The notes below the pieces were generated by a model, which was not told the origin of the DNA, made no database searches, and was given only the letters and a program-made list of their open reading frames with translations. From positions 1-43,523 of the IMG/VR virus record IMGVR_UViG_3300030332_000461: a DNA stretch of 43,523 nucleotides. One strand, 5' to 3'. Made by a program: the position numbers and the translations under genes. Below, piece after piece: positions 10,301 to 17,572 of the stretch. This stretch comes from a virus (Duplodnaviria; Caudoviricetes). How positions within the stretch are numbered: the stretch's first letter is position 1; each line of letters starts with the position of its first letter.

Positions 10301-12594
10301 TGAAGGCCGCGATGGGAGAGGGCCTCCCCAGCAAGAACTACTATGGTGGACATGAGGGCATCCAGAGAATGCTGGAGTTGGGTTTCAAGTATGAGGGGAG
10401 CAAGGCATTCGGAGTCAAGAACCACATGCCGCCGGAGAAGTACAGGGCATGGGTCGCAAAGGAGTACGATAAGGTGATGAGTAGAATGCTCCATTTCAGG
10501 GATTCAGATAGGCGTCGGCTGAAGAAACAACTGGAGCATGGTGTCTTGACAGAAGACGAGTATAAGCAGCAATCAACTGATATGGAGGAGGCGTGGTTCG
10601 AGGAGACCAAGGAAGCAGTGGCGGAATGGCATAACTCCCTCGAGAAGTTGGATATGCACATCCCCTATTTCACTCATCCCACTAGCGGGGGTGTAGTCTA
10701 TTCCCCCTTCGACATCTTCGACTCCGGAGCCATTCCGGACGATATGTCCATACTGAACTACATCGAACACGGGTTCGACCCCAATAACCCACAACATAAA
10801 TCATTCATCCAAGGACCAGATGGCAGTCTTGGTTTGATGGGAGTGAGAAGTACCTCCTTCTGCCCCGCTTGTCATGCACAGATGGGTAAGGAGAGTATGG
10901 CTGCGGGTGAGTGCCCTAACTGTGGTCTCAAAGGAGAGAGTGATGTTTGGACAAAGGACCACATCCATCCTGGGAACAAGACCAATGCCGGCCAATTGGG
11001 TTGGTTGGGACCAGCACTAGATGCTAGAGAGGACCTAATCAAGAGGCTCAAGTACATAGCGAATCACATGGATGTCGGTGCGGGTGAGATGGACCCAGCC
11101 TTGGTCAAGTGTGACCGCTGCGGGCAGACTGGTGAGCGAAGGGACAAAGACAACAACCTAGTCCCATGCGGTCACTGCATCGGAATCCCTGGGGCTGGCA
11201 GAGTGACCTTCGGGAACTGGGACAATGCACTCGTCACATACCACAGTCCGGATTATGAGTTGCATGTGGGGACCCCTGGTGGTGATTTCAGGCCGATTAA
11301 GAAGTCCGAAGCGGGTGAAGCACTGAGAGCGTTGAGACTGGGGGCCGGAGGCTCGAGGTTGAATGAGAGACTGTTAGCCGCAGATGCCTTGGAGAGCATC
11401 TACGATGTTACTGAGGCCCCCCTCGAACACATGGATGAAGAGGTGAATGAGAGCGCTGCTGACTGGGCTCAGGCCTATCTGACTGCTGTCACAGACCGGA
11501 ACATGTCAATCCCCACTCTACACAAAGGCTTCCTCAGTAATAATGGTTGGAAACACCGGGTCAAAGTCGGTGAGAAAGAGAGGAGCGTTAAGTTCTCAGG
11601 TGCGAAGAGTGTGGCAAAACAAGTCGCTAGTCTGAACCAACAGTGGGCTAGACAGAGTGGGAGCATGAACCTAAGCGAACTACTGAGGGTCACTGGGGCC
11701 TCTAGCATAGACGACTTGGGGAGTGCTTTGGGGCCCACGACAGAGGTAATGAGGGAGAAGAAGCAGGAGAACTGGAAGGATTCAAGGCTTCTCAAGAGCA
11801 AGTTGAACAAGGCTAACCATGCTATCAAGAGACTCGAAGCCAAATCCAAACTCAACAAGTTCGATGAGACCGCATTGGCCGATGCCCGACTGTTGAAGGC
11901 ATTCTGTAGTTGGACCGATTTCGGGTCTCCCATCGCTAGGATAAACAGAGAGTCTGCTGGTGACAAGGTCTACAGACTGGTCGGTAGGATGAATATAGAT
12001 ACCAACAAGACCATCCGTCATGGTGCGGTATTGTCTAAGGGAGGTGTGACGAGTTCAGAAATGGCTCAAGGGATACTAGATGGGAACTTCAACACCGATA
12101 GCAAGCCGTTCTACCTACCGGATGGTTCAGTGTTCGGTACCGCTGGTAGTGTGTACGCAGGCGCACTCGATAACTTGGATAAACGCATCGAGGGCTCTTT
12201 CCATGTAGGGGAGGATGACTTCGACAGGGACCCCGAGACCGGAGAGGTGAGAGTTGATGAGTTCGGGGAGCCCAAGTTGGTCTCATCCAAGGATAGTGCT
12301 GTGATGAGGGATTCCATCTTCACTCCCGCGGCAATGCATGATGAGGCTGTTAGGGCCCACAGGGAGGGCAGGCACGAACACGCCCAGCAGTACCTTACCC
12401 ACATAGGGAATGCCTTACAGGGTACTGGTCTGAAGGCACCCACAGTCGATGATATCCAATCTAGTAGTTTTGAGTCACCTGGGGGAGTAGAAGGTGATGA
12501 TGATTCAGATTACAACGCTTATCTTCCTAAAGCAGAGGGCTCGCCCGTAGAGGTCGCTTGGGATAATATTCTCAAGAATCTCAAACCATTGTGA
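4363..12594 (+). CDS. Giant 2743-aa protein with many CxxC / DnaJ-type CxxCxGxG zinc-finger motifs and tags at both termini
   Basis: 8.2-kb open frame; CGECKGTG, CPVCHGS, CPNCSGEG, CPGCKGT, CPSCDG, CDRCGQTG and others; PIESSWEILK near the N-terminus, PVEVAWDNILK at the C-terminus. Confidence 0.85.
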   Translation: MVAPRLQQNVLVDPIESSWEILKGLMLKNLRVEPPSETEKVLIEQLADCDTESATNILKSIHDEKLLVRLQEIVDNCDANFNLVRDDPNAVRIIDAMSDEDGEPSFNPEAYNALAHATSEAAHNHHQRTMGREQHMSDRGILELTHHKDRKVAALWEMRCRELAMEHPNQFEPEKAREVARLESQIEKLHGSEKTRKSARAMMYGKDEGTSDEEKVEEHLWEQCKLKILKEYYRDRAAYDVIRHMRGEKHHEPDCIYDHLGEEGCSCPTVMETKRKAIPLDAEVDEGLQQRTRQSVLDLSNILYEYTRLKPRDEGNVEPRVNRIEHWWKETPSDQRKLILGQMVDMGHGTHLPMLPIVLEGWNVGLQEREDFLRYISDFEGRKAKLERRGYGKARDPSIIGNWGSRDLFDFLSASTGAGAFESTSLDPDDSLESDSESREEAAGPVKDAPKEDTSTGVGQTASGEIGVESAKTTSIPFQTFKQIWFSRDADERQEMANEWLSGLQQRVDDSAGVNPKHKPGEPEHLTKGQMERMLAHQKMGVDIMWPATSSGKLENMEAARQGLAEMREDRSDAFDNKSRAAGVTPEVMRFAIQELAWLRDSKDGRDWGDLRDALYDFSGDEKTEIDDILDSKKGRIALNMLLRQGKREFEEAGVEPELVRCDVCEDSPTPGKWKRRNQIVDCPKCGDSHTPGYMPLYSTQAASDAQKREVVLGMEADLARLDAVHTRHIHDAAMDANFTEECGECKGTGRDPFDRRDSCGSCSEGQIINLKSFLRDIIGKKALGLKPEEALHAIICSAESTHSVLNYRLRERQQKRDIANLEKFGIMPDGVQVMLHLNRLHINGGTLSSENLLNMRRQVIEENPNAGFRKIKRGIGERLKKAFTFIDQTHNDQGEHRGLYLRHAMHSPFIADLLDILADNPDMSRASGVIEQRLSNHLRKVNHPNRFETRPEMKVCPVCHGSKKKKDYQTGQFLDQSCDACWDKRKGGSTGISRYEQGVEVPSPLHSPLLRNHTPSCPCCQDGMSKMITHAGGLGRKTVLHHDPHDIDLQTEAVLDRLFELTETLRRRTQQYTEKKEPDEFLEGEMRKKHQEIEDLVLRESQELNKALGTSYREVLENKSGRDMAPFELGSSALTEESEPSNTPCPFCAERAKVGEPPLPDSDSLGVPNLGDEDGYHGAGFLGTPQGCPNDPHIEDGQRIFEQLDEIRYASPDMRRVIEASWNRGPLISDLESLHPKIRKRGGPDEAESYSPIHPQTVGDLGFGRWAALRRRGGKPTPDERFEHKFQSRYIATEMQNSNPTETHLTDTARENYSHGERFLDRIEHEGILEEDDEKLKELYAIHTLIPDYLGHLHYNPLQLTGDGDTDQQRWARRVLGLKKGETVGEEMRNKFKHNLHLIEPLLVLEKEWARNYLAPREEMLEKEWPSSIFNTDESKQPFLKEDDLHRVFGELRGHYRDCQEYLMHGFLSADHHGLMPSANHFPDLLLFMNNPDCPPELAQAWMDHHPGLSTPGNDWYENYGGMWATEGRTMKEMQPIADAIWSAALGGRGEEYPESYEDWMEEQGEWWEARTNISTKRLWDRIKNMLERRSSDPEGSKRALLAVRPIRDRTAMNQWGYPTGCPNCSGEGHVDARKFVESAPAFIDMYDESGEVVGEALDRERQPLPKEGGTHLLTDPAAVEFMRDHSRPFRHASWEEHPEHDIDNPSYIVSGKYRIQCPGCKGTHVCPSCDGHTGYHASESGKEAIHRVRTFLGGVKRELWGNKMSFPPNEQDPPELITDPDAALINQMPDDIVGDYVLPSDPDETGRAPPGLIPSPGWLWHEEKDADGNPTGNIFTMRDPWYSNSGGMGTGSSFNRQLQQMTSEEFWGGEGVPTGSDAEDRRKEAEARRAEELKESARTMAAPDAPPIQWEGGKKPTPPDECQFPGCTQQIPVGSRFCREKAMREHFTTGAGGLKSMELVPSGLAAPNHLDLMNSPRMKAAMGEGLPSKNYYGGHEGIQRMLELGFKYEGSKAFGVKNHMPPEKYRAWVAKEYDKVMSRMLHFRDSDRRRLKKQLEHGVLTEDEYKQQSTDMEEAWFEETKEAVAEWHNSLEKLDMHIPYFTHPTSGGVVYSPFDIFDSGAIPDDMSILNYIEHGFDPNNPQHKSFIQGPDGSLGLMGVRSTSFCPACHAQMGKESMAAGECPNCGLKGESDVWTKDHIHPGNKTNAGQLGWLGPALDAREDLIKRLKYIANHMDVGAGEMDPALVKCDRCGQTGERRDKDNNLVPCGHCIGIPGAGRVTFGNWDNALVTYHSPDYELHVGTPGGDFRPIKKSEAGEALRALRLGAGGSRLNERLLAADALESIYDVTEAPLEHMDEEVNESAADWAQAYLTAVTDRNMSIPTLHKGFLSNNGWKHRVKVGEKERSVKFSGAKSVAKQVASLNQQWARQSGSMNLSELLRVTGASSIDDLGSALGPTTEVMREKKQENWKDSRLLKSKLNKANHAIKRLEAKSKLNKFDETALADARLLKAFCSWTDFGSPIARINRESAGDKVYRLVGRMNIDTNKTIRHGAVLSKGGVTSSEMAQGILDGNFNTDSKPFYLPDGSVFGTAGSVYAGALDNLDKRIEGSFHVGEDDFDRDPETGEVRVDEFGEPKLVSSKDSAVMRDSIFTPAAMHDEAVRAHREGRHEHAQQYLTHIGNALQGTGLKAPTVDDIQSSSFESPGGVEGDDDSDYNAYLPKAEGSPVEVAWDNILKNLKPL

Positions 12595-12671
12595 TAAAAA
12601 CGAGAACATGGTCAGTCTCCCAACAGGAGATTATATGTGGTAGTGTTCCCTCGCACGGGTGAGGAAGATAC

Positions 12672-13232
12672 ATGGCATCGTCAAATCTACCACCGCTACA
12701 ACCTAGTGAGACAACCGCTGATGAACTGAGGGTATTGGGGTTAATCACCTTCGTTTCCCTACTTGTGGGGTCAACCATCGCTGTGTTTGATTCTGGTCTC
12801 TGGCTCAAAGCCGGTGATACCCAGACTAACGCTTACACATACGCGATGGCTGCTTTCACCCTACAAGGAATGTCCTTCGTCCTGTACAAGTTACTGATGC
12901 AGGACTCGATGGACCATAAAGCGGGCTTCGCACGCATGGACAGAGAGAGGAGTCGCAGAATGCAGCAAATGCAACAGGAAATGGCTAATCGCCAGATGGA
13001 ACTGGAGATGAGAATGCAAGAAGCGCAGTTCGTTCGACAGATGCAGATGATGGAACACCAGCAAGAATTGGAGTCCACTGGGGCTGATATCACTCAACTG
13101 GGTGATATGCTGGTAATCCCTCAACCTCCTGGCCCTCCCCAGCATGGCGCAGAGGAGAAAGGTTCTATTGACTTGGGCCCGTCCGACAACCAGCCACGAA
13201 GTGCTGGTGGGCAGTTCGCCAAGAAGGTGTAG
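12672..13232 (+). CDS. Membrane protein (two predicted TM helices) with Gln/Met-rich coiled coil
   Basis: GGGTGAGG SD; hydrophobic VLGLITFVSLLVGSTIAVF and YAMAAFTLQGMSFVLY; RMQQMQQEMANRQMELEMRMQ coil. Confidence 0.8.
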   Translation: MASSNLPPLQPSETTADELRVLGLITFVSLLVGSTIAVFDSGLWLKAGDTQTNAYTYAMAAFTLQGMSFVLYKLLMQDSMDHKAGFARMDRERSRRMQQMQQEMANRQMELEMRMQEAQFVRQMQMMEHQQELESTGADITQLGDMLVIPQPPGPPQHGAEEKGSIDLGPSDNQPRSAGGQFAKKV

Positions 13233-13236
13233 TTGA

Positions 13237-13482
13237 ATGGGATGGCTTTTCAAGACTCCCAGTGATGATGCCACTGAAGCGACTCTCAAAGCCCTTCATT
13301 GGCAGAACACACTCGATAATTACTACGAGTACAGTTGGGGATGGTTCAGAACTGTCCTTTTCACTATAGGGGCAGTATTCATCACTTCGGCTGTAGAGAG
13401 CAATGCTAGTATCAGTATATGGGAGAATACAGTAGATTCCTTCATCACATGGGCTCAGGAGACAGTCGGCGGTTGGGTGTAA
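13237..13482 (+). CDS. Small membrane protein
   Basis: 81 aa; hydrophobic WGWFRTVLFTIGAVFITSAV; tightly packed in the cluster. Confidence 0.7.
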   Translation: MGWLFKTPSDDATEATLKALHWQNTLDNYYEYSWGWFRTVLFTIGAVFITSAVESNASISIWENTVDSFITWAQETVGGWV

Positions 13483-13488
13483 GCGTGC

Positions 13489-14205
13489 ATGGCGATTGGC
13501 GGTTCCGTCTTGATGGCAGCGGTAGTATTCGGAAACGACCTCTACAACTACATGAAACCGCGCAGGTTGGGGATATACGGCCCAACCATGGTAGGGAAGA
13601 CCACCTTGGACATGTTCATGACGACACCAGGAGAGATGGCCGATGTCGAGGACAGGACCACTCATTCAGAGAGGCTACTAGGGTCAGGGCATGTTCTACC
13701 TCAACCCACTCGCAAGAGGATACGATACAAGGGGGAGAAGAGAGTAATACACTCATCAGACCTAGGAGGACAACAACGATTCTGGAATCTTTGGATAGAC
13801 GACATGGTGGAGAGGCAGGTCGAAATGGTCATCTTCATGATAGACGACAGGGCTCAGAATGGGAACGGCTCAGATACCATCGACGCAGTGGGAGGGCTGG
13901 AGTATCTCGTAGACGCCTTAATCGACAGGAGATGGAAGTATCGAAGTCTCAGGAGTCGATGGAAAGGACAGAAATACGCCCCCAAACAAATATGGGTTGT
14001 AGCAAACAAGGCAGACCTATGGTGGGACCAGAAGGCCAATATCTTGTGGCAATCTCAACGGCTGAGGGAACATCCTATATTCAACCCCTACCGACCAGCA
14101 ATGGTGAAACTCCAGAAGGCAGGCATCCCCTGTCGAGTGAGCATGATGGCCACCAAGATAGGCTGGAATGTGGAACAGACTCTGGTAGATATGCTAACAT
14201 GGTGA
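13489..14205 (+). CDS. Ras-superfamily (Arf/Rab-like) small GTPase with hydrophobic N-terminus
   Basis: G1 GPTMVGKTT (13579-13605), G2 candidate Thr in DRTT, G3 DLGGQ (13759-13773), G4 NKAD (14005-14016), G5-like MATKIGWNVEQ. Confidence 0.88.
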   Translation: MAIGGSVLMAAVVFGNDLYNYMKPRRLGIYGPTMVGKTTLDMFMTTPGEMADVEDRTTHSERLLGSGHVLPQPTRKRIRYKGEKRVIHSSDLGGQQRFWNLWIDDMVERQVEMVIFMIDDRAQNGNGSDTIDAVGGLEYLVDALIDRRWKYRSLRSRWKGQKYAPKQIWVVANKADLWWDQKANILWQSQRLREHPIFNPYRPAMVKLQKAGIPCRVSMMATKIGWNVEQTLVDMLTW

Positions 14206-14209
14206 CAAT

Positions 14210-15226
14210 ATGGTGATGAACCCGTTCGGACAACCCTCAGAACTACCCCCATTGGGGTCTTACAACAGCCAGCAGATGCTACAGATAGCCGGTAACTCAC
14301 AGGTGCCGTTAGCGCAATTGAGAGAGATGGCCCAGGCTCAGACCTATATGCAGGAAGCAGCAATGCAGACTCATATCGAGATACCCAAGGTCAATTTCTA
14401 CCCATCGAACCATGGTAACCTCAAGAAGGCTCGAAGGTCTGATATCCGCCAAGCCTACAGACTCCTCACCCCCACCAAGCGGAGATTGTGGTCTCCACGC
14501 AGATGGTGGTTCGGTGGAAAGTACCAGTATTCCGGGGACGCCACCCACTGCTGCATCGACGGCTGTGATGTGGATAATCTGATGAGGGCTGCTGGTAATG
14601 TCTATGATATGATTAAGGATGAGGAGACTGGGAAGTCTCTTTGGGACCTATATTTCACAGACCCCGTGAGTGGGGAGTCAAGAGGCTTCCAGGCTCGTGA
14701 GGGTGTGACCAGTGGTAGAATAGTTAGAGGGACATACTGTCCTGAGCACCTTCATCTCTATCACCTGCTCTTGAAGTGGGAGACTGCGGAACAGGATGAG
14801 GAGGATGGGACTACAAGCACCCTCAAGTCCAGGCTGAACAAAGGTGTTTCCATGGTCACTGTCCCAGTGGCTGGTATGGCTGGTGGGGTGATAGGGAAGG
14901 ACAATACCCCCCTTCCATTGCAGAGGTACCAGCCATTCTTCAATATGATGAAGGAGGACAATATCCCTGTAGTGAGATTGCAGAATGTGGACGGTAACAA
15001 TGACCTAACTGTAGTTGTCTTCGATATGAGACAGTTCGAGACAGGGGTCAATTCTAGACTCATCAATGAGGCCATTCTCAATAGTGGTTCTAGTTCTGGG
15101 GCACCCACTATGGGTCTCGGAGAACTGTTAGCACAGACAGCACCTCAGACGGAAACTTCAACTGTGCCACCTCCTACGCAAGAGATGATGGACACTGCTG
15201 AGGCTATGCAAGGGGTGGTCGAATGA
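14210..15226 (+). CDS. Hypothetical protein in the GTPase cluster, possibly metal-binding
   Basis: 338 aa; HCCIDGC and YCPEHLH motifs; starts 4 nt after the GTPase stop. Confidence 0.75.
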   Translation: MVMNPFGQPSELPPLGSYNSQQMLQIAGNSQVPLAQLREMAQAQTYMQEAAMQTHIEIPKVNFYPSNHGNLKKARRSDIRQAYRLLTPTKRRLWSPRRWWFGGKYQYSGDATHCCIDGCDVDNLMRAAGNVYDMIKDEETGKSLWDLYFTDPVSGESRGFQAREGVTSGRIVRGTYCPEHLHLYHLLLKWETAEQDEEDGTTSTLKSRLNKGVSMVTVPVAGMAGGVIGKDNTPLPLQRYQPFFNMMKEDNIPVVRLQNVDGNNDLTVVVFDMRQFETGVNSRLINEAILNSGSSSGAPTMGLGELLAQTAPQTETSTVPPPTQEMMDTAEAMQGVVE

Positions 15227-15855
15227 GTTGGTGGCAATCCAGTCAATCAGCGACTCCTGCTCCACTAGGATTACCTGGTGGTCAACAAACAATGTCCGCT
15301 TATGGGGCGACTGACCCTTATGCTAATCCGTATGGTGCAATGGGCGCAGGGATGATGGGGGGGATGGGATACCAATATCAACAGGCACCACCTTTGGCCC
15401 CTCCGAGCGATTTGGAAGTGATGGCTGCTCTTATACAGACTAGCGTGCCCGTGGACAGATGGTTCGCTGGCCCTAATCTAGATGTGTTAGTTGCTTTGAT
15501 GTACAAAATCAGTGCTCTTGCCACTGTGGAGACTCTGAAGAATGCTACTCTTGTAGAGACTGACGATGGTAAGTTGAAGTTCGAGTTCGTGGACGCAACA
15601 CTCCTCCCCACTGTTGACAGTGTGACGATGGAGAACAACACCCTCGCTACAGCGGCTCAGACCTCCATAACTGCGGCTCACCAGCAACAGCAGGCTATAC
15701 TCAATATGGTTCAGCAGAACCTGATGAGTGATGCACTTGGTGCTGCCATGGCTAACCCTGGCTTTATGCAGAATGTTGGTAGTACCATCGGCAATGTCTT
15801 CAGAGGTGCTGTAGGATTACCACAACCAGTTTCAACACTCCCCCCAACGATGTGA
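15223..15855 (+). CDS. Hypothetical Gln/Met/Gly-rich protein
   Basis: ATGA overlap with upstream gene; GGGGTGG SD; 210 aa. Confidence 0.75.
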   Translation: MSWWQSSQSATPAPLGLPGGQQTMSAYGATDPYANPYGAMGAGMMGGMGYQYQQAPPLAPPSDLEVMAALIQTSVPVDRWFAGPNLDVLVALMYKISALATVETLKNATLVETDDGKLKFEFVDATLLPTVDSVTMENNTLATAAQTSITAAHQQQQAILNMVQQNLMSDALGAAMANPGFMQNVGSTIGNVFRGAVGLPQPVSTLPPTM

Positions 15856-15859
15856 TTAG

Positions 15860-16126
15860 ATGAAAGGCACTAGTATGAACCCCTTACAGTTCATCCCCAT
15901 TGACAGTGTCGTGTATGGCATACATGACATGACTAATGTGAAGAAGTCTTCACTGATTGACATGATAATGGTGCAGGTCATCAGTATCACCCTAGGTGCA
16001 TTCCTGATGATAGCCTTCAATGCCAATGACATGAGGCAGACTGAACTCACATATTCGATGGCTATTCTGTTCACCAGTCTATTGCTGACCGGAGCCGTCT
16101 ACCGCAGACTCTCCGACAGAGGCTGA
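15860..16126 (+). CDS. Small two-TM membrane protein (holin-like size and topology)
   Basis: 88 aa; MIMVQVISITLGAFLMIAF and YSMAILFTSLLLTGAVY, followed by a basic RR tail. Confidence 0.7.
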   Translation: MKGTSMNPLQFIPIDSVVYGIHDMTNVKKSSLIDMIMVQVISITLGAFLMIAFNANDMRQTELTYSMAILFTSLLLTGAVYRRLSDRG

Positions 16127-16396
16127 CCACTTCCCTATTGGGCACTCGCTATTCGTGAGTTTAGTCTTGTAATTGAGAAAGCATCTACAGAGGTTACAAC
16201 GCGTCCCGGTTTTGTGTTCACAAGAGTCACAAATCAGTAGCCTCTCCCTCTGTTCTTTGTCAGTCACATGATTAGCCCTGATGATATCACCAGCGGCCAT
16301 CCTCAAATCTGAAATTGTGGAGGCCAGGGTGGCTTTCTCCGACACGGTTGCAGCCGTGTGTGTCGCTACTGTAGGTGCCCGCCCTAGACCTCGCAC
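16079..16396 (-). CDS. Small Cys-rich protein (DUF6171-like pattern)
   Basis: RLLICDSC...RCNLCRCFLNYKTKL...CPIGKW follows a widespread phage R-L-x-x-C-x-x-C...C-x-x-C-x-C...CP-x-x-KW pattern; only credible minus-strand gene; start uncertain. Confidence 0.65.
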   Translation of the reverse strand: MRGLGRAPTVATHTAATVSEKATLASTISDLRMAAGDIIRANHVTDKEQRERLLICDSCEHKTGTRCNLCRCFLNYKTKLTNSECPIGKWSASVGESAVDGSGQQ

Positions 16397-16449
16397 GAAG
16401 TGCGGAGAAACAGAAAGGGCTTAGAGGCTTCCCCCCATCCGTCCACTAG

Positions 16450-17139
16450 ATGGGCGAACGCGTTACTCGGTCTTCTTGCCGTCTCTGTCAAGATGATGAC
16501 AGGGATTTATTGGAGGAAGGGCTGCTCCAAGGGGGCATAATCCCGAAGCAGTTAGACAAGGACAAGAACTGGCGTGAGGGTACCTCAGACCGCCATTTCA
16601 GAAACCACATGGGAGAGTTTCACATGGGGTCTAACAGTGATTGTGTGATATGCACGCACCCTGAGAGGTTCGAGTTCGAGAACGCCTATTTCCTAGGTGG
16701 TATGAGCAGTGACGCCATCGCCGAGGCCATCGGGTGTAGTGAGTCCACAGTGTATCACCACATCCGACACCATCTCAAACCACTGGTTCAGAAGACTGCG
16801 GCTCCTCTTGTGGCGATACGGACGGGAGAGGAAATGGGCAGTCTTAGGTCCAATGTCGAGAGACTGAATGGGGAATTGGGGGTCTTCTTGGATGATGCTG
16901 ACCGAAATGACCCCTCTTATGTGAAGAACATAACCGCCTTGCACAGAGAAGTTAGGGAGACTCTAGGTCTGATGCTCAAATTACAGGAGAAGACTATAGG
17001 AGATGTACAGCAGACCATACAGGCTGATACTGTGAACATACTCAAGGTAGAACTCGCTAAGGAGTCACCAGAGGTTTGGAAGAGGATTCGCAACAAATTA
17101 CTCCAAGAGGACGAGGTGGTGGAGATAGATGAGAGGTGA
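16450..17139 (+). CDS. Zinc-finger/HTH protein, putative terminase small subunit
   Basis: Two CxxC...HxxxH units (CRLC..HFRNH; CVICTHPER..SSDAIAEAIGCSESTVYHHIRHH, HTH-like), then a coiled coil; upstream of the large terminase. Confidence 0.5.
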   Translation: MGERVTRSSCRLCQDDDRDLLEEGLLQGGIIPKQLDKDKNWREGTSDRHFRNHMGEFHMGSNSDCVICTHPERFEFENAYFLGGMSSDAIAEAIGCSESTVYHHIRHHLKPLVQKTAAPLVAIRTGEEMGSLRSNVERLNGELGVFLDDADRNDPSYVKNITALHREVRETLGLMLKLQEKTIGDVQQTIQADTVNILKVELAKESPEVWKRIRNKLLQEDEVVEIDER

Positions 17140-17572
17140 GCAAGGGCAATTCATGGTACCAGTTTCCACCCTCATGTGTGTGGATTTGAGGATGGCTTCT
17201 CTTCTAAGGGACACTAGGCCGGTACATCGGAAGGAACTACCACTCTTCCTGTCTCTGTTGGATGATGTAGTTGACCGATGGTATGAGGCGGTTGGGGCTA
17301 TGAACCCAGTAATCTACGAGCAGTACAATGACCACACCAGTGCTGTGAAGGACTTGCAAGAGTCTTTCAAGAAGGTCTCTGATGATGATTCTGAGGGTGT
17401 CTTCGAGGAACGGCAGAGACTAGGTGTCTCGATTGACCGTCTATACGAGTTGATGGATTGCTTTGCTGAGGTGTTCACCTCACCTATCGAATTGAGAGAG
17501 TTCTACTACAACATCAGTAGCCGCATTAGACTCACTGTGGATGCTATAACGGAGGGTAAACATGGGTGGTAA
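17129..17572 (+). CDS. Hypothetical helical protein
   Basis: 147 aa; overlaps both neighbours by a few nt; SD-like GAGGTG sequences nearby. Confidence 0.7.
   Translation: MRGEQGQFMVPVSTLMCVDLRMASLLRDTRPVHRKELPLFLSLLDDVVDRWYEAVGAMNPVIYEQYNDHTSAVKDLQESFKKVSDDDSEGVFEERQRLGVSIDRLYELMDCFAEVFTSPIELREFYYNISSRIRLTVDAITEGKHGW

Noticed and set aside
4363-12594. DnaJ chaperone or tape-measure protein
   Set aside because: No J-domain, and size, composition and position do not fit either
13419-14216. 265-aa alternative-frame ORF over the GTPase
   Set aside because: Arg-rich and motif-free, typical of a shadow frame; the overlapping frame has complete GTPase motifs
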